The translations under genes and the position numbers were made by a program. The notes beneath the pieces are model-generated. The model was not told where the DNA came from and searched no databases. It was given only the letters and a program-made list of their open reading frames with translations. From assembly GCA_942493055.1 (NCBI GenBank), contig OW818680.1, positions 3,590,406 through 3,654,405 on the forward strand: a DNA stretch of 64,000 nucleotides. Reading direction: 5' to 3'. Shown here piece after piece: positions 25,403 through 35,087 of this stretch (position 1 is the stretch's first letter; every line of letters begins with the position of its first letter). The stretch is from an uncultured bacterium. GTDB taxonomy: Bacteria > Verrucomicrobiota > Kiritimatiellia > RFP12 > UBA1067.

Positions 25403-26907
25403 ACCGCTACCTTTTCTTTTTTACGAGTACGCTGAGCTATAACTGTCGAGGATACACTAAAATGATTCGCCGCTTGTTTCATGTCGAGGGACAATAACGC
25501 AGGGTTTCCAAGCGAAATGGGGTTGGTGTGATATTTAGGTGAGATGCCCAAGGCCTGTATAATTTCTGATGCGACGGCCCGTCCAAGCAACGGAGGAACA
25601 CTGTTTCCTATTTGACGGAAGCCATGCCATTTCGTCACATGGAATCTGAACCAATCTGGATATGAATGAATGCGTGCTGCCTCTCGTACCGTGATGACTC
25701 TCGGATAAACAGGATGAATGGGGCGCGGCGAGGTAAAGGCCCCGCGCGCACTGTCTGTCCCGGCCCGCAGTGTATTGCATAAACCTTTCAGATCGAGTTT
25801 GAAAAATCGGCTAATCGGCTCTGTCATGCCGGACTCGGCTAATTCAAAGCGGCGCACGGATTCTGCCGTATGCGTTGTACGTAAACTGGATGTTAATAAA
25901 TCGGGATTACAGGTTCGAGAATAACTAAAGTCCGCCGGATCATGCTCCACGCCTTTAAGATATTTTGAATAGAGCGATTTCGGCTTCCATTTGACATGGG
26001 TTGTGTCGGAGTCCATCAGCTCTTCAAAATCGTCTGCATTTGGAAGGTCGCCGATCGCTTCACCTACCGTAACCGTACGTTGCTGCTCAATAGGATAGAC
26101 GGGGGCTGCCTGATCCTCGCGATACGCGAGCAGGAAAAGCCGTTGTCGGTTCTGCGGAACACCATAGTGAGCCGCATTCAGAACACGATAGGGCTGTACA
26201 ACCTGATATCCGATCAACTGGAGCGCTTCAATTAATTCGTGCAAGAAGGTGACATGATTACCAACCGTCAACCCCTTCACGTTTTCGAAGACACAATATT
26301 TCGGGGCCAAATCTTTGACAAGTCGCACATAATGATAGACAAGCTGATTGCGGGGATCATCAAAGGCTCTCTTCCCAATCAGCGAGAATCCCTGACAGGG
26401 TGCTCCCCCGCAGACAACATCCACAGGGCGATCAGCTATCCCGGACCTCTCTCGGATGAGTTGGCCCGTGAGATCACGAACATCTGCGCAGATGGACGCT
26501 GAATAGGGAAAGTTAAATTCGTGTGTTGCACAATGGATCGGATCAATCTCCACACACGCTGCAACATCAAAACCCGCTTGCTCAAAGCCCAGAGACAATC
26601 CTCCTGCACCGGCAAATAAGTCAATGGCTATGGGGCGTTTCTTAGCAGGCGAACAATAGACATGATCTGCTCCAGACAGTCGCGAGGGCTGAGCATCATC
26701 AATAGGCCAAAACATAAATTGACCCTGAGAGAGAAGATGCGGTTGTGACTCAAACGTTAAAACACATAACCCCGCCCGCTCCAATTCAGTCTGATATCCT
26801 GTTGCGCTCTCATAAACAGAAGACGCATACGAATCAACATCGAAAACGCGCCGTTGATTCATTCGTGCATACGAAACCAGCTCTTTTACTTTATACGACC
26901 TACTCAT
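25399..26907 (-). CDS. DNA (cytosine-5)-methyltransferase with a ~95-aa N-terminal extension
   Basis: Motif I DLFAGAGGLSLGF, motif IV GGAPCQGFS, motif VI ENVKGL, motif VIII QNRQRLF; low GC. Confidence 0.9.
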   Translation of the reverse strand: MSRSYKVKELVSYARMNQRRVFDVDSYASSVYESATGYQTELERAGLCVLTFESQPHLLSQGQFMFWPIDDAQPSRLSGADHVYCSPAKKRPIAIDLFAGAGGLSLGFEQAGFDVAACVEIDPIHCATHEFNFPYSASICADVRDLTGQLIRERSGIADRPVDVVCGGAPCQGFSLIGKRAFDDPRNQLVYHYVRLVKDLAPKYCVFENVKGLTVGNHVTFLHELIEALQLIGYQVVQPYRVLNAAHYGVPQNRQRLFLLAYREDQAAPVYPIEQQRTVTVGEAIGDLPNADDFEELMDSDTTHVKWKPKSLYSKYLKGVEHDPADFSYSRTCNPDLLTSSLRTTHTAESVRRFELAESGMTEPISRFFKLDLKGLCNTLRAGTDSARGAFTSPRPIHPVYPRVITVREAARIHSYPDWFRFHVTKWHGFRQIGNSVPPLLGRAVASEIIQALGISPKYHTNPISLGNPALLSLDMKQAANHFSVSSTVIAQRTRKKEKVAV

Positions 26908-26967
26908 AAATTCGTTCTAGTTTCCGTTAAATCGACCGTATGTTGCAAGCCTAAAATCAAGCAGGTA

Positions 26968-28395
26968 TTATTCCAAGGCTTTTGCGACGAGTTCACCGAC
27001 CAGTTTGGGGTCGGCTTTGCCTTTGCTGAGTTTCATGACCTGCCCCACAAAATAACCAGCTGCGGCCTTTTTGCCCGCTTTATAATCCTCGACCGATTTC
27101 GGGTTCGAGGCGATGGCTTGCTGCACAAACGCTTCCAAGGCAGAGGTGTCGCTGACCTGTCCGAGACCGCGCGCCTCGACCAGCGCTTTGGGCATGCCTC
27201 CCTTCTCGAAGAGCTCCGGAATCAGCTCCTTGGCGGTCGGGCCGTTGATCACCCGTTGATCCGCCAACACGATCAATTCCGCCAGGGAGTCCGGGGTCAG
27301 GGCGCATTCGCCAATCGACTTGCCGCTTTCCGATAAAAGGCGCATGACCTCGACCATGAACCAGTTGGAGACGATTTTGTAAAGATTCTTGCCGCAGCGC
27401 TTGGCCGTCGCCTCGAAGAAGTCGGCGTTCTCTTTGGCGTCCGCGAGCACGCCCGCGTCATATTCCGGAATGCCGTACTCCTCCATCATGCGCGCACGGC
27501 GCAGGGAGGGCAGTTCAGGCAGCTCCGCGCGCCACGCTTCAATCTGCGCTTCGCCCAAGGCGATGGGCACGAGGTCAGGCTCCGGAAGATAACGGTAGTC
27601 ATGCGCATTCTCCTTGGAGCGCATGGACTGGGTTTCGTTAATATCTGGCTCCCAGCGGCGGGTCTCCTGGATCAGGCTCTGGCCATGGGTCACAGCATAA
27701 GTCTGCCGGGCGATCTCGTAGTTTGCGGCCGCATAGATGCCCTTGAAGGTGTTCATGTTCTTGATCTCCACCTTCGTGCCGAGCTTCACCTGCCCTTCAG
27801 GCCGGATGCTGACGTTGACGTCCGAGCGCATGTTGCCCTCTTCCAGATTGCAGTCGCTCACGCCCGTATAGACCAGGATCTGCTTCAGCGCCTGCAAATA
27901 GGCCATGGCCTCGTCCGGGGAGGAGAGGTCCGGCTCGGAGACGATCTCCATGAGCGGCGTGCCGCCACGGTTGAAATCCACGCCGCTGAATTGTCCATAG
28001 TGGTTGATCTTGGCTGCGTCTTCCTCCAAGTGGATGTGGTTGATGCGGATGAGCTTGGGCCCGGCCGGGGTCTGAATGGTCACGCCGCCGCCCAGGCAGA
28101 GCGGGTGGGTGTTCTGCGAAATCTGATAGTCCTTCGCCATGTCCGGATAGAAGTAGTTCTTCCGGTCAAAGGTGCTGTGCTTGTTGATGGTGCAGCCCAG
28201 CATCAGGCCGGACATGACGGTCAGTTTGATCGCTTCGCGGTTGGCCACGGGCAGGGCGCCCGGATAGCCCAGGCAGACCGGACAGACGTTCGTGTTGGGC
28301 TCTTCGCCGAACTTCAGGCTGCAGCCGCAAAACATCTTTGTCGCAGTCTTTAACTGCACATGCGTCTCAAGTCCTATGGTGGTCAAATATTTCAT
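26968..28395 (-). CDS. gatB: Asp-tRNA(Asn)/Glu-tRNA(Gln) amidotransferase subunit B
   Basis: 475 aa. Starts MKYLTTIGLETHVQLKTATKMFCGC...CPVCLGYPGALPV; C-terminal YqeY-like tail. Confidence 0.95.
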   Translation of the reverse strand: MKYLTTIGLETHVQLKTATKMFCGCSLKFGEEPNTNVCPVCLGYPGALPVANREAIKLTVMSGLMLGCTINKHSTFDRKNYFYPDMAKDYQISQNTHPLCLGGGVTIQTPAGPKLIRINHIHLEEDAAKINHYGQFSGVDFNRGGTPLMEIVSEPDLSSPDEAMAYLQALKQILVYTGVSDCNLEEGNMRSDVNVSIRPEGQVKLGTKVEIKNMNTFKGIYAAANYEIARQTYAVTHGQSLIQETRRWEPDINETQSMRSKENAHDYRYLPEPDLVPIALGEAQIEAWRAELPELPSLRRARMMEEYGIPEYDAGVLADAKENADFFEATAKRCGKNLYKIVSNWFMVEVMRLLSESGKSIGECALTPDSLAELIVLADQRVINGPTAKELIPELFEKGGMPKALVEARGLGQVSDTSALEAFVQQAIASNPKSVEDYKAGKKAAAGYFVGQVMKLSKGKADPKLVGELVAKALE

Positions 28396-28398
28396 GGT

Positions 28399-28490
28399 CT
28401 ATAACTTCAAAAGAATTGCCTTATTGCGTGATTGCCTTATTGCCTTATTAAAACTTTGTCGCGAGCTTTGTCGCGAACTTTGTCGCTTGA
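28399..28490. repeat. Word-duplication repeat in the gatA-gatB intergenic spacer
   Basis: attgccttattgcgtgattgccttattgccttatt + ctttgtcgcgagctttgtcgcgaactttgtcgc. Its reverse complement shares aataaggcaataaggc and atcacgcaataa and ttttgaagtta with 6128-6232. Confidence 0.7.
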
Positions 28491-28491
28491 G

Positions 28492-29925
28492 TCATGCTCT
28501 TAACCTTTCATAGCCTGCCCCAACTCGCAAAAGGGTGGGTTCCCCAAAGGCCGGGCCCAGGAGTTGCAGGCCGATGGGCAGGCGGTCGTGGGTCATGCCG
28601 CACGGGACGGACAAGCTGCAAAGGCCCGCAAGGTTGGCCGGCACGGTAAAGATGTCGCCCAGATACATCTTGAGTGGATCATTCGTGGCGTCGCCGATCT
28701 TATAGGCCGCTGTTGGCGCCACAGGCGTCATCAGCACGTCGCAGTGCTGAAAGGCGTTTGAAAAATCGTTCCGGATGAGGGTCCGGACCTTCTGCGCGCG
28801 TCCATAGTAGGCATCGTAGTAGCCGCTGCTCAGCACGTAGGTGCCGAGGATGATGCGCCGCTTGACTTCAGTGCCGAACCCTTCGGCGCGGCTCTTGGCG
28901 TAGAGGTCGAAGACGGATCCCGGATTGGCGGTGCGGTGTCCGTAACGGACGCCGTCAAAGCGCGCCAGGTTGGTGGAGGCCTCCGCCGTGGCGATGATGT
29001 AGTAGACAGCAATCGCATATTCCGTGTGCGGCAGGCTGACCTCGACGATCTCCGCGCCGGCCTTTGCACAGGTGTCAATGGCCGCGCGGATGGCGCTCAT
29101 CACCTCAGGGTCGGTCCCCTCGATGAAGTACTCCTTGGGCATGCCGATGCGCAGCCCCTGGAGTCCGCCTTTCAAGGCTGCCCGGTAATCAGGGGCCTCG
29201 ACATTCGCCGTGGTGCCGTCATGGCTGTCCACGCCGGCCAGGGCCTGCAAGAGGATCGCGGCGTCCTCGACGGTCTTGGTCATGGGGCCCACTTGGTCGA
29301 GTGACGAGGCATACGCGGTCACACCATAGCGCGAGACGCGTCCGTAAGAGGGTTTCAGGCCGACGCAGCCGCAGAAGGAGGCTGGCTGGCGGATGGAGCC
29401 GCCGGTATCTGTCCCGAGCGCTGCAAGCGCGGTTCCAGCAGCCACGGCTGCTGCAGATCCGCCGCTGGAGCCCCCGGGCACGCGCGCGAGGTCGTGCGGG
29501 TTGCGCGTCGGCTTGAACGCCGAGTTCTCCGTGGAGGAACCCATGGCGAACTCGTCCATGTTCGTGCGTCCGGCAAAGACTGCGCCTGCGGAACGGAGGC
29601 GTGCTGCGACAGTTGCATCATACGGCGAGATATAGCCTTCGAGCATCTTGGAGGCGCAGGTGCAGGGCTGGCCCTCGACATTGATGATGTCCTTGATGGC
29701 GACCGGGATGCCGAGCAGATCGTTGTCTTGCCCGGCGCTCCGTGCCGCATCGGCGGCTGTGGCCTGCTTCAAGGCGCCTTCAGCGTCCACGGTCAGGTAG
29801 GCATTGATCGGACCATCTTTTTCAGCAATGGCCTCCAATACGCTCTGCGTCAGTTCAACAGCGGAGAAATCGCGCTTCCGCAATCCCTCTGCTGCCTTGG
29901 AAATAGTCAGGGTGTCAATATTCAT
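28492..29925 (-). CDS. gatA: Glu-tRNA(Gln) amidotransferase subunit A
   Basis: Amidase signature [14 protein letters not shown]. Start taken at the internal Met ([15 protein letters not shown]), since the first 47 codons of the long ORF look non-coding. Confidence 0.9.
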   Translation of the reverse strand: MNIDTLTISKAAEGLRKRDFSAVELTQSVLEAIAEKDGPINAYLTVDAEGALKQATAADAARSAGQDNDLLGIPVAIKDIINVEGQPCTCASKMLEGYISPYDATVAARLRSAGAVFAGRTNMDEFAMGSSTENSAFKPTRNPHDLARVPGGSSGGSAAAVAAGTALAALGTDTGGSIRQPASFCGCVGLKPSYGRVSRYGVTAYASSLDQVGPMTKTVEDAAILLQALAGVDSHDGTTANVEAPDYRAALKGGLQGLRIGMPKEYFIEGTDPEVMSAIRAAIDTCAKAGAEIVEVSLPHTEYAIAVYYIIATAEASTNLARFDGVRYGHRTANPGSVFDLYAKSRAEGFGTEVKRRIILGTYVLSSGYYDAYYGRAQKVRTLIRNDFSNAFQHCDVLMTPVAPTAAYKIGDATNDPLKMYLGDIFTVPANLAGLCSLSVPCGMTHDRLPIGLQLLGPAFGEPTLLRVGAGYERLRA

Positions 29926-30102
29926 GCAATGTCCATGTAAAAAATGAGGCCTAAAAGGTAACACAGCCACCCCTCGGATGTCAACGCCGCAAGGGGTGCG
30001 AAGGAAGGTAAATTCGGCAAATTCCGCTTGCGCTGAATTCCGAACCGTCCTATACTTGCCGCACATTGCATAAAACGTTAATCAATGGCAGGAGAGAAGC
30101 GC

Positions 30103-30840
30103 ATGCTTAGGAAATCAATGGGCGGGATCGTTGCGGTGTCTTTGTTCATCCTTTCGGTGTCTGCCGTTGCGGCCAACGACAAAAAATTAACCATCGGATT
30201 AATAGGCGACTCCACTGTTGCCAGCACATACGGATGGGGGCCTGCTTTAACAAATCGGTTTAACGACCGCGTGACGGTGCTGAACTATGCAAAAAACGGG
30301 GCAACCCTGGAGTCGCTGTCCAAGAAGCTGGATGAACTCATCACGCACAAGCCCGACTATATCCTGGTCCAATTCGGACACAACGATATGAAGGTCTACG
30401 ATGCCAAGACCTACAGCGCGAAATTGAAAGATTATGTGGAGCGGATCAAGCGAGGGGGGTGCAAGCCGATCGTTTTGAGTTCGGTCACGCGCCGTACATT
30501 TGATGAGCATGGCAAGATCGTTTCGATTGTCATGCATGGAGACCGCTCATTGCCTGCTTTTGCGCTTTCGGCTAAAGCTGTGGCCAACGAGGAAGCGGTC
30601 CCCTTTATAGATCTCAACACGCTCAGCATTGAGCATCATAACAAGCTGGGCCCGGAGGCCAGCGCAGCGTACAACTTCAACAAAACTGACGCAACCCACT
30701 TTAGTAGCAAAGGAGCCGAAGGCACTGCCGAGCTGGTTCTCAAGGAACTCAAGGGGATCGTCCCGGAACTGACAGCCTATCTTATTGATCCCCTGCAAAC
30801 GACTCCCGGCGACGTCCCAAAGGCCACGCCGGAGAAGTGA
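30103..30840 (+). CDS. Secreted SGNH/GDSL-family hydrolase (carbohydrate esterase-like)
   Basis: Signal peptide followed by GDSTV block I, GxND block, and a C-terminal D-x-x-H (DATHF). Lower GC. Confidence 0.7.
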   Translation: MLRKSMGGIVAVSLFILSVSAVAANDKKLTIGLIGDSTVASTYGWGPALTNRFNDRVTVLNYAKNGATLESLSKKLDELITHKPDYILVQFGHNDMKVYDAKTYSAKLKDYVERIKRGGCKPIVLSSVTRRTFDEHGKIVSIVMHGDRSLPAFALSAKAVANEEAVPFIDLNTLSIEHHNKLGPEASAAYNFNKTDATHFSSKGAEGTAELVLKELKGIVPELTAYLIDPLQTTPGDVPKATPEK

Positions 30841-30871
30841 TGCTCGTTAGACAAAAGAAAGAGATTGCCGT

Positions 30872-30895
30872 AAGATGCAGTATGATGTATAGTCA
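30872..30895. promoter_or_regulatory. Inverted-repeat operator upstream of the mazE-like gene
   Basis: gtatga-N7-tcatac with an embedded tatagt -10-like hexamer; AAGGAGG ribosome-binding site before the ATG at 30920. Confidence 0.4.
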
Positions 30896-30919
30896 TACCA
30901 TAAAAATTAAGGAGGTCTT

Positions 30920-31162
30920 ATGGCTGTAGCAAAAATAGCTATCACACTCGAACAAGACATTCTGGGTGATCTGGATCGGCTCGTTAGACGGCATGTATTC
31001 CCTAACCGTAGCCGCGCCATTCAAGAGGCTGTCCGAGAGAAAGTGGCACGTCTTTCTGTAAACCGACTTGCCCATGAATGCGCAAAGCTTGATCCGAAGG
31101 TGGAGCAGGCTTGGGCCGAGGAGGGCATGTCGAAGGAGGTCGCCTCATGGCCAGAATATTGA
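30920..31162 (+). CDS. Ribbon-helix-helix (CopG/MazE-like) antitoxin
   Basis: 80 aa ([22 protein letters not shown]...), RHH fold; overlaps the downstream mazF-like gene. Confidence 0.7.
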   Translation: MAVAKIAITLEQDILGDLDRLVRRHVFPNRSRAIQEAVREKVARLSVNRLAHECAKLDPKVEQAWAEEGMSKEVASWPEY

Positions 31163-31509
31163 GAGGCGATATTGTTTGGGCCGATCTGAATCCGGTCAAA
31201 GGCCATGAGCAGTCAGGACTACGCCCAGCACTTATTCTTAGCCCGGAGATTTTTAATGATCGGTCAGGCACTGTGATTGCAATGGCGCTGACAAGTCAGC
31301 CCCAGAAAGCGGGCTTCCCCTTAACCATGGAAATCACCAGCGTTCCCCTTCCAAAGCCAACGTGGGTCAAAATAAGCCAGATCAGAACACTCTCCGTTGA
31401 GCGCCTTGGCAAGCGCATGGGACATGTGTCAGATGACGAGATGAGTCAAATCATCGAAGGCCTAAACGAAATAATTGGCGAACCAATACATTCAGGTTAT
31501 CGGCGCTAG
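31147..31509 (+). CDS. Type II toxin, MazF/PemK family endoribonuclease
   Basis: [28 protein letters not shown]...[10 protein letters not shown] is the canonical PemK/MazF motif. Start taken at MARILRGD; 16-nt overlap with the antitoxin gene. Confidence 0.8.
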   Translation: MARILRGDIVWADLNPVKGHEQSGLRPALILSPEIFNDRSGTVIAMALTSQPQKAGFPLTMEITSVPLPKPTWVKISQIRTLSVERLGKRMGHVSDDEMSQIIEGLNEIIGEPIHSGYRR

Positions 31510-31549
31510 CGCGCCTCAACCTGGCTTGAGACGTTGGGAGGATATCACG

Positions 31550-31855
31550 ATGAAAATGGCGAAATACATGATGGTCATGGCGGTCGTTGCGCTTTTCTTG
31601 GCTGTCCCTGCCTGGGCGGCAGATGAAATCCAAAAGTCCTTTGGACGGAAGATGCTTGAGGGGTTTCTGCCCCTTCCGATCATCTTCGGATTTCTATACT
31701 TTTTCCTGCGCCGAGTTGGACGACGCAATGAACCCTACATGGAGAGAGCCACGGTCCACATGGATCGGATTGAAAAACAGAATGACGAGATCATTGGGCT
31801 TCTCAAAGAATTGGCAGAGAAGCAGCGAAATCCAGAACAAAAAACGGTCAAATAA
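31550..31855 (+). CDS. Small secreted/membrane protein (hypothetical)
   Basis: GGGAGG ribosome-binding site 7 nt upstream. Signal peptide MKMAKYMMVMAVVALFLAVPAWA, then a second hydrophobic segment. Confidence 0.45.
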   Translation: MKMAKYMMVMAVVALFLAVPAWAADEIQKSFGRKMLEGFLPLPIIFGFLYFFLRRVGRRNEPYMERATVHMDRIEKQNDEIIGLLKELAEKQRNPEQKTVK

Positions 31856-31866
31856 TCCGCTGTCCG

Positions 31867-32172
31867 CTATGCGTCTTCCACGATCTTGGGAAGTTTGACT
31901 TCGTAGTTATTGCGCGCGGGGGCGTTGGAGAGGGCGGTCTCACGGATGGTGGAGGGCACGACCACATCGTCCCGGAAGACATTGACCTGTCCCTGTCCGT
32001 GGAGCGTCGGCTCAATACCGGAAACATCGAGTTGGGCTATTTTTTCCACGTAGTGGACGATGTTCTCCAACTGTTTTTGAAAAGCCTGCGCCTCTTCAGG
32101 CGTCAGGGCCAGGCGCGCCAGTTCGGCGACGTAGGCGACATCAATCGTTTGACTCACGGGAATCTCCTTCAT
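31867..32172 (-). CDS. gatC: Asp-tRNA(Asn)/Glu-tRNA(Gln) amidotransferase subunit C
   Basis: 101 aa (VAELARLALTPEEAQAFQKQLENIVHYVEKIAQLDVSGIEP), the GatC signature. Confidence 0.85.
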   Translation of the reverse strand: MKEIPVSQTIDVAYVAELARLALTPEEAQAFQKQLENIVHYVEKIAQLDVSGIEPTLHGQGQVNVFRDDVVVPSTIRETALSNAPARNNYEVKLPKIVEDA

Positions 32173-32338
32173 TGGAATGCTGGAATATCCGCCTTTGCCA
32201 AGGCTCCGGCGGACAGGCGGGAATGTTGGAATGATGGGAAGAGAAGCAGTCGGCAGTACCAGTTGGCAGTATCAAGTTTCGAGTTTCAAGTTTCAACAAT
32301 CCAGTATTCCAAAATTCCATCATTCCATTATTCCTCTT

Positions 32339-32956
32339 TTATTTTATCGCCTCCCGCATATAGGGCAGGTATTGGCGGGTGTAGGCGATCATGGACCAGA
32401 AATTGAGCACGATGAGCAGGGCTTCAATGACGAAGATAAGCCACTGCGGCAGGAACCAGGGTTGATACGCCGCATAGACGTAGATGACCACGGAGGCCGG
32501 GAAACTGGCGGCGGTCCTGAACTTACCCAGCCAGTTCGCGCGGCAGTCCGCATTATACATGGTTCCGATCGAGCGGAGGAAGCTGACCCACTGGTCGCGC
32601 AGGATATAGAGGACCGTAAAGACCAGCATGACCAAGGCATGGATGGTCTCGCTCGGCATGCGCCCCAACATCCACAGCAGCGTCGGGAAGACGACGAGGT
32701 AGAAGACCTTGTCCATCAGCGGATCAGCCAACGCGCCAAACTTGCTCACGACATTCCACTTCCGCGCGAGCATCCCGTCGAAGAGGTCGGTCAGACTCGC
32801 GGCTGAAAGGAATACCGCTGCCATAAAGATCAGCCAGGTCGCCATGGGATAGTACGCCTGGATGATCGCCGTGATCATAAAGAGAAATACCAGAGGAACG
32901 CGGCCGAAGGTGAGCGCATTGACAAAGAATCGTTTCGCTTTTTGGGTCTCAAGCAT
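32339..32956 (-). CDS. pgsA: CDP-diacylglycerol--glycerol-3-phosphate 3-phosphatidyltransferase
   Basis: CDP-alcohol phosphatidyltransferase motif DGMLARKWNVVSKFGALADPLMDK; multi-pass membrane protein, 205 aa. Confidence 0.8.
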   Translation of the reverse strand: MLETQKAKRFFVNALTFGRVPLVFLFMITAIIQAYYPMATWLIFMAAVFLSAASLTDLFDGMLARKWNVVSKFGALADPLMDKVFYLVVFPTLLWMLGRMPSETIHALVMLVFTVLYILRDQWVSFLRSIGTMYNADCRANWLGKFRTAASFPASVVIYVYAAYQPWFLPQWLIFVIEALLIVLNFWSMIAYTRQYLPYMREAIK

Positions 32957-32979
32957 CTTTTCAATCTAAAAAAGCATCA

Positions 32980-33831
32980 TTAATGGGGCCCCTCGACGAC
33001 CTCGAGGGTCGGGGAGACAAACTCGCGCAACTTCTTTTGGATGAAATCCTGGCGCGTGAAGGGTGCGGATGTACAGCCTGCGCACATGCCGCGGAAGGCG
33101 ATGACCACTTTGTCGCCCTCGATGTCGAGCAGTTCGATGTCGCCGCCGTCCCGTTGCAGTTGCGGACGGATTTCGCGGTCCACAATCTCCTCGATGAGCT
33201 TCATCCGCTGAATGTTCGACATTTTTTTGTGCACAGGAGCTGTCGGTTGCGCAGGGGGCGTTGAACGGTCGTTCTGAACAAGGTCGATCAGCTTCTGGAT
33301 CTCGCCATGGCACATGCCGCAACCGCCGCCGGCCTTGCAATAGTTGGTGACCTCGTCGATTGTGGTCAGGCTGTTCTCGGCGATGACCCGGCGGATTTCG
33401 TTCTCAGAGACGCCGAAGCAGGTGCAGATGATGTGATCTTCGAGGTTCTTGACCATGGTCTCCCCGGTCTTAAAATTATGGATCGCGACATCGAGCGCTT
33501 CGCGTCCCATGACCGAGCAGTGCATCTTCTGGTTCGGAAGGCCGCCCAGGAAGTCGGCGATGTCCTTGTTCGTGATCTTCTCGGCCTCTTCGATGGTCTT
33601 GCCGATCACCATCTCGGTCAGGGCGGAGGAGGAGGCAATGGCACTGGCGCAGCCGAAGGTCTGGAACTTGACCTCCTGGATCCGCCCGTCCGGCCCCATC
33701 TTAAACATGAGGGTCAGGGAGTCGCCGCAGGCCAGAGAGCCGACCGTGCCGACGCCGTCAGGCTTTTCAATCTTTCCGACATTCCGGGGGTTCCGGAAGT
33801 GATCCATGACCTTTTCAGTATAATCCCACAT
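32980..33831 (-). CDS. nifU: Fe-S cluster assembly protein NifU (three-domain form)
   Basis: IscU-like N-terminus (LACGDSL...FGCASAIASSSA), a central BFD-like 2Fe-2S domain (CTCFGVSENEI...), and a C-terminal NifU domain CxxC (CAGCTSA). Confidence 0.85.
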   Translation of the reverse strand: MWDYTEKVMDHFRNPRNVGKIEKPDGVGTVGSLACGDSLTLMFKMGPDGRIQEVKFQTFGCASAIASSSALTEMVIGKTIEEAEKITNKDIADFLGGLPNQKMHCSVMGREALDVAIHNFKTGETMVKNLEDHIICTCFGVSENEIRRVIAENSLTTIDEVTNYCKAGGGCGMCHGEIQKLIDLVQNDRSTPPAQPTAPVHKKMSNIQRMKLIEEIVDREIRPQLQRDGGDIELLDIEGDKVVIAFRGMCAGCTSAPFTRQDFIQKKLREFVSPTLEVVEGPH

Positions 33832-33915
33832 AAAGCTCCTTCATCCTTCGTCTGTAAATTTTCCAAGTCAGGTGAAAAGGATACCGTTTTTTCGTGCTTC
33901 TGCAAAGCCTAAAGC

Positions 33916-34058
33916 GTTATTCGTCAGCAATTCTAATTATGGCTTTGGATACAATTAAGATTCCGCCTAAAGGCGGTACTCCGAACGGTTTTGTACAGGA
34001 TTTCTTTCGTTTGGAGTTCCGCCTTTAGGCGGTCTCGGCCATAATTAGAATTGCTGGT
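33916..34058. repeat. ~143-nt near-perfect palindrome with nested palindromes
   Basis: Perfect 19-bp arms cagcaattctaattatggc (33916-33934) and gccataattagaattgctg (34040-34058). Inside are ccgcctaaaggcgg and ccgcctttaggcgg, plus actccgaacgg / cgtttggagt. Confidence 0.75.
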
Positions 34059-34229
34059 TATTCGTTTGGGCGCGCGCGCATTCCCAGATTCATTTGCCTG
34101 AAGGATGCTTATCTGCTTTGTCGTGCTTCCCGCGTGGACACGACAGTGCACCAACACCAACATTTTAATTATCTGGATTGTCTTCTGCTTCAGGTTGCCG
34201 GGATAGCGAGCAGCCGCCCGCCTAACAGA

Positions 34230-35087
34230 TCAGATGAGTTCCTCTGCCAGCATGAGGAAATATTCCCGGCTCCAGATATCCAGTTCAGAAGGCGTCTTGA
34301 TGAAAGGCAAGACATCCTCCTTGACCTGGTCAATATTCAGCAGCTCAATCCTCTTTTTGAGGAGTATCTTTACTTCGGCAATGGTTTGCGGGAGCGGTTC
34401 CTGAGGATGGCTCTGCTTCATGCGTTGGCAAAAATGGTGAAGGTCCACCTTGATACGATGCCGCGCATACCACTCCAAGTCATACCAGTCACGTCCCTTC
34501 ACACGGTTTTTCCAATTTCGAAACAGGAGCGCATGCAGTTTCCCTGCATAAAGACATGGCAAATCAAAGCAACGGACGACAAATGAGAAGGGCAGCAGCA
34601 ACGTATGATTCGCCGTCGTGAATCCCAAAGGGGGCGAGGTGTCCACCTCAATCTTAATCTTGACCGTCCGCTCCGTCTTAAAGGAGAGATTATAGACCGC
34701 CGTGTTATCCTTCAGAAAAGCGGATTCGATAGCGGAACGGAGGGGCTTATCCTTGCGCGTAAAGGTCACCTCCCTCCCGAGCGCCTTGAATTCTGCCATG
34801 ATAGCCTCTGCGTAATCGTCCAGCGTGAACGACAGATCCTCCTTGAGCAGGGAAAAATCCATGTCCTCGGAAAAACGGGGCAGGTCATGAAAAAGATGCA
34901 GGCAGGTTCCGCCATAAAATGCGGCATGCGTGAAAAAATTCCCGCGATGAAGTCCTGCCAAGGTGATCTTCTGCATCACCTCATGAAGCGCGTTCCGATA
35001 CTCCGCATCCGACTGGACCGAATAAGCCGCCATCATGGAATCAAACACATTCATGCTCAAGGACCTTTCGTAAGGATTGTAATTCAA
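34230..35087 (-). CDS. Nucleotidyltransferase toxin, AbiEii/AbiGii (DUF1814) family
   Basis: 285 aa with a nucleotidyltransferase-fold N-terminus (…FYGGTCLHLFHDLPRFSEDMDF…); partner of the upstream AbiEi-like gene, overlapping it by 47 nt. Confidence 0.75.
   Translation of the reverse strand: MNYNPYERSLSMNVFDSMMAAYSVQSDAEYRNALHEVMQKITLAGLHRGNFFTHAAFYGGTCLHLFHDLPRFSEDMDFSLLKEDLSFTLDDYAEAIMAEFKALGREVTFTRKDKPLRSAIESAFLKDNTAVYNLSFKTERTVKIKIEVDTSPPLGFTTANHTLLLPFSFVVRCFDLPCLYAGKLHALLFRNWKNRVKGRDWYDLEWYARHRIKVDLHHFCQRMKQSHPQEPLPQTIAEVKILLKKRIELLNIDQVKEDVLPFIKTPSELDIWSREYFLMLAEELI

Noticed and set aside
25741-25752. Extra copy of tgtctgtccc inside the methyltransferase gene
   Set aside because: A single isolated occurrence inside a coding frame; most likely chance, and not counted as a REP-like element.
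34120-34146. Hairpin ctgtcgtgc...gcacgacag
   Set aside because: It is not followed by a U-tract on either strand, so it is not reported as a terminator. It is mentioned only as part of the structured spacer near the palindrome.
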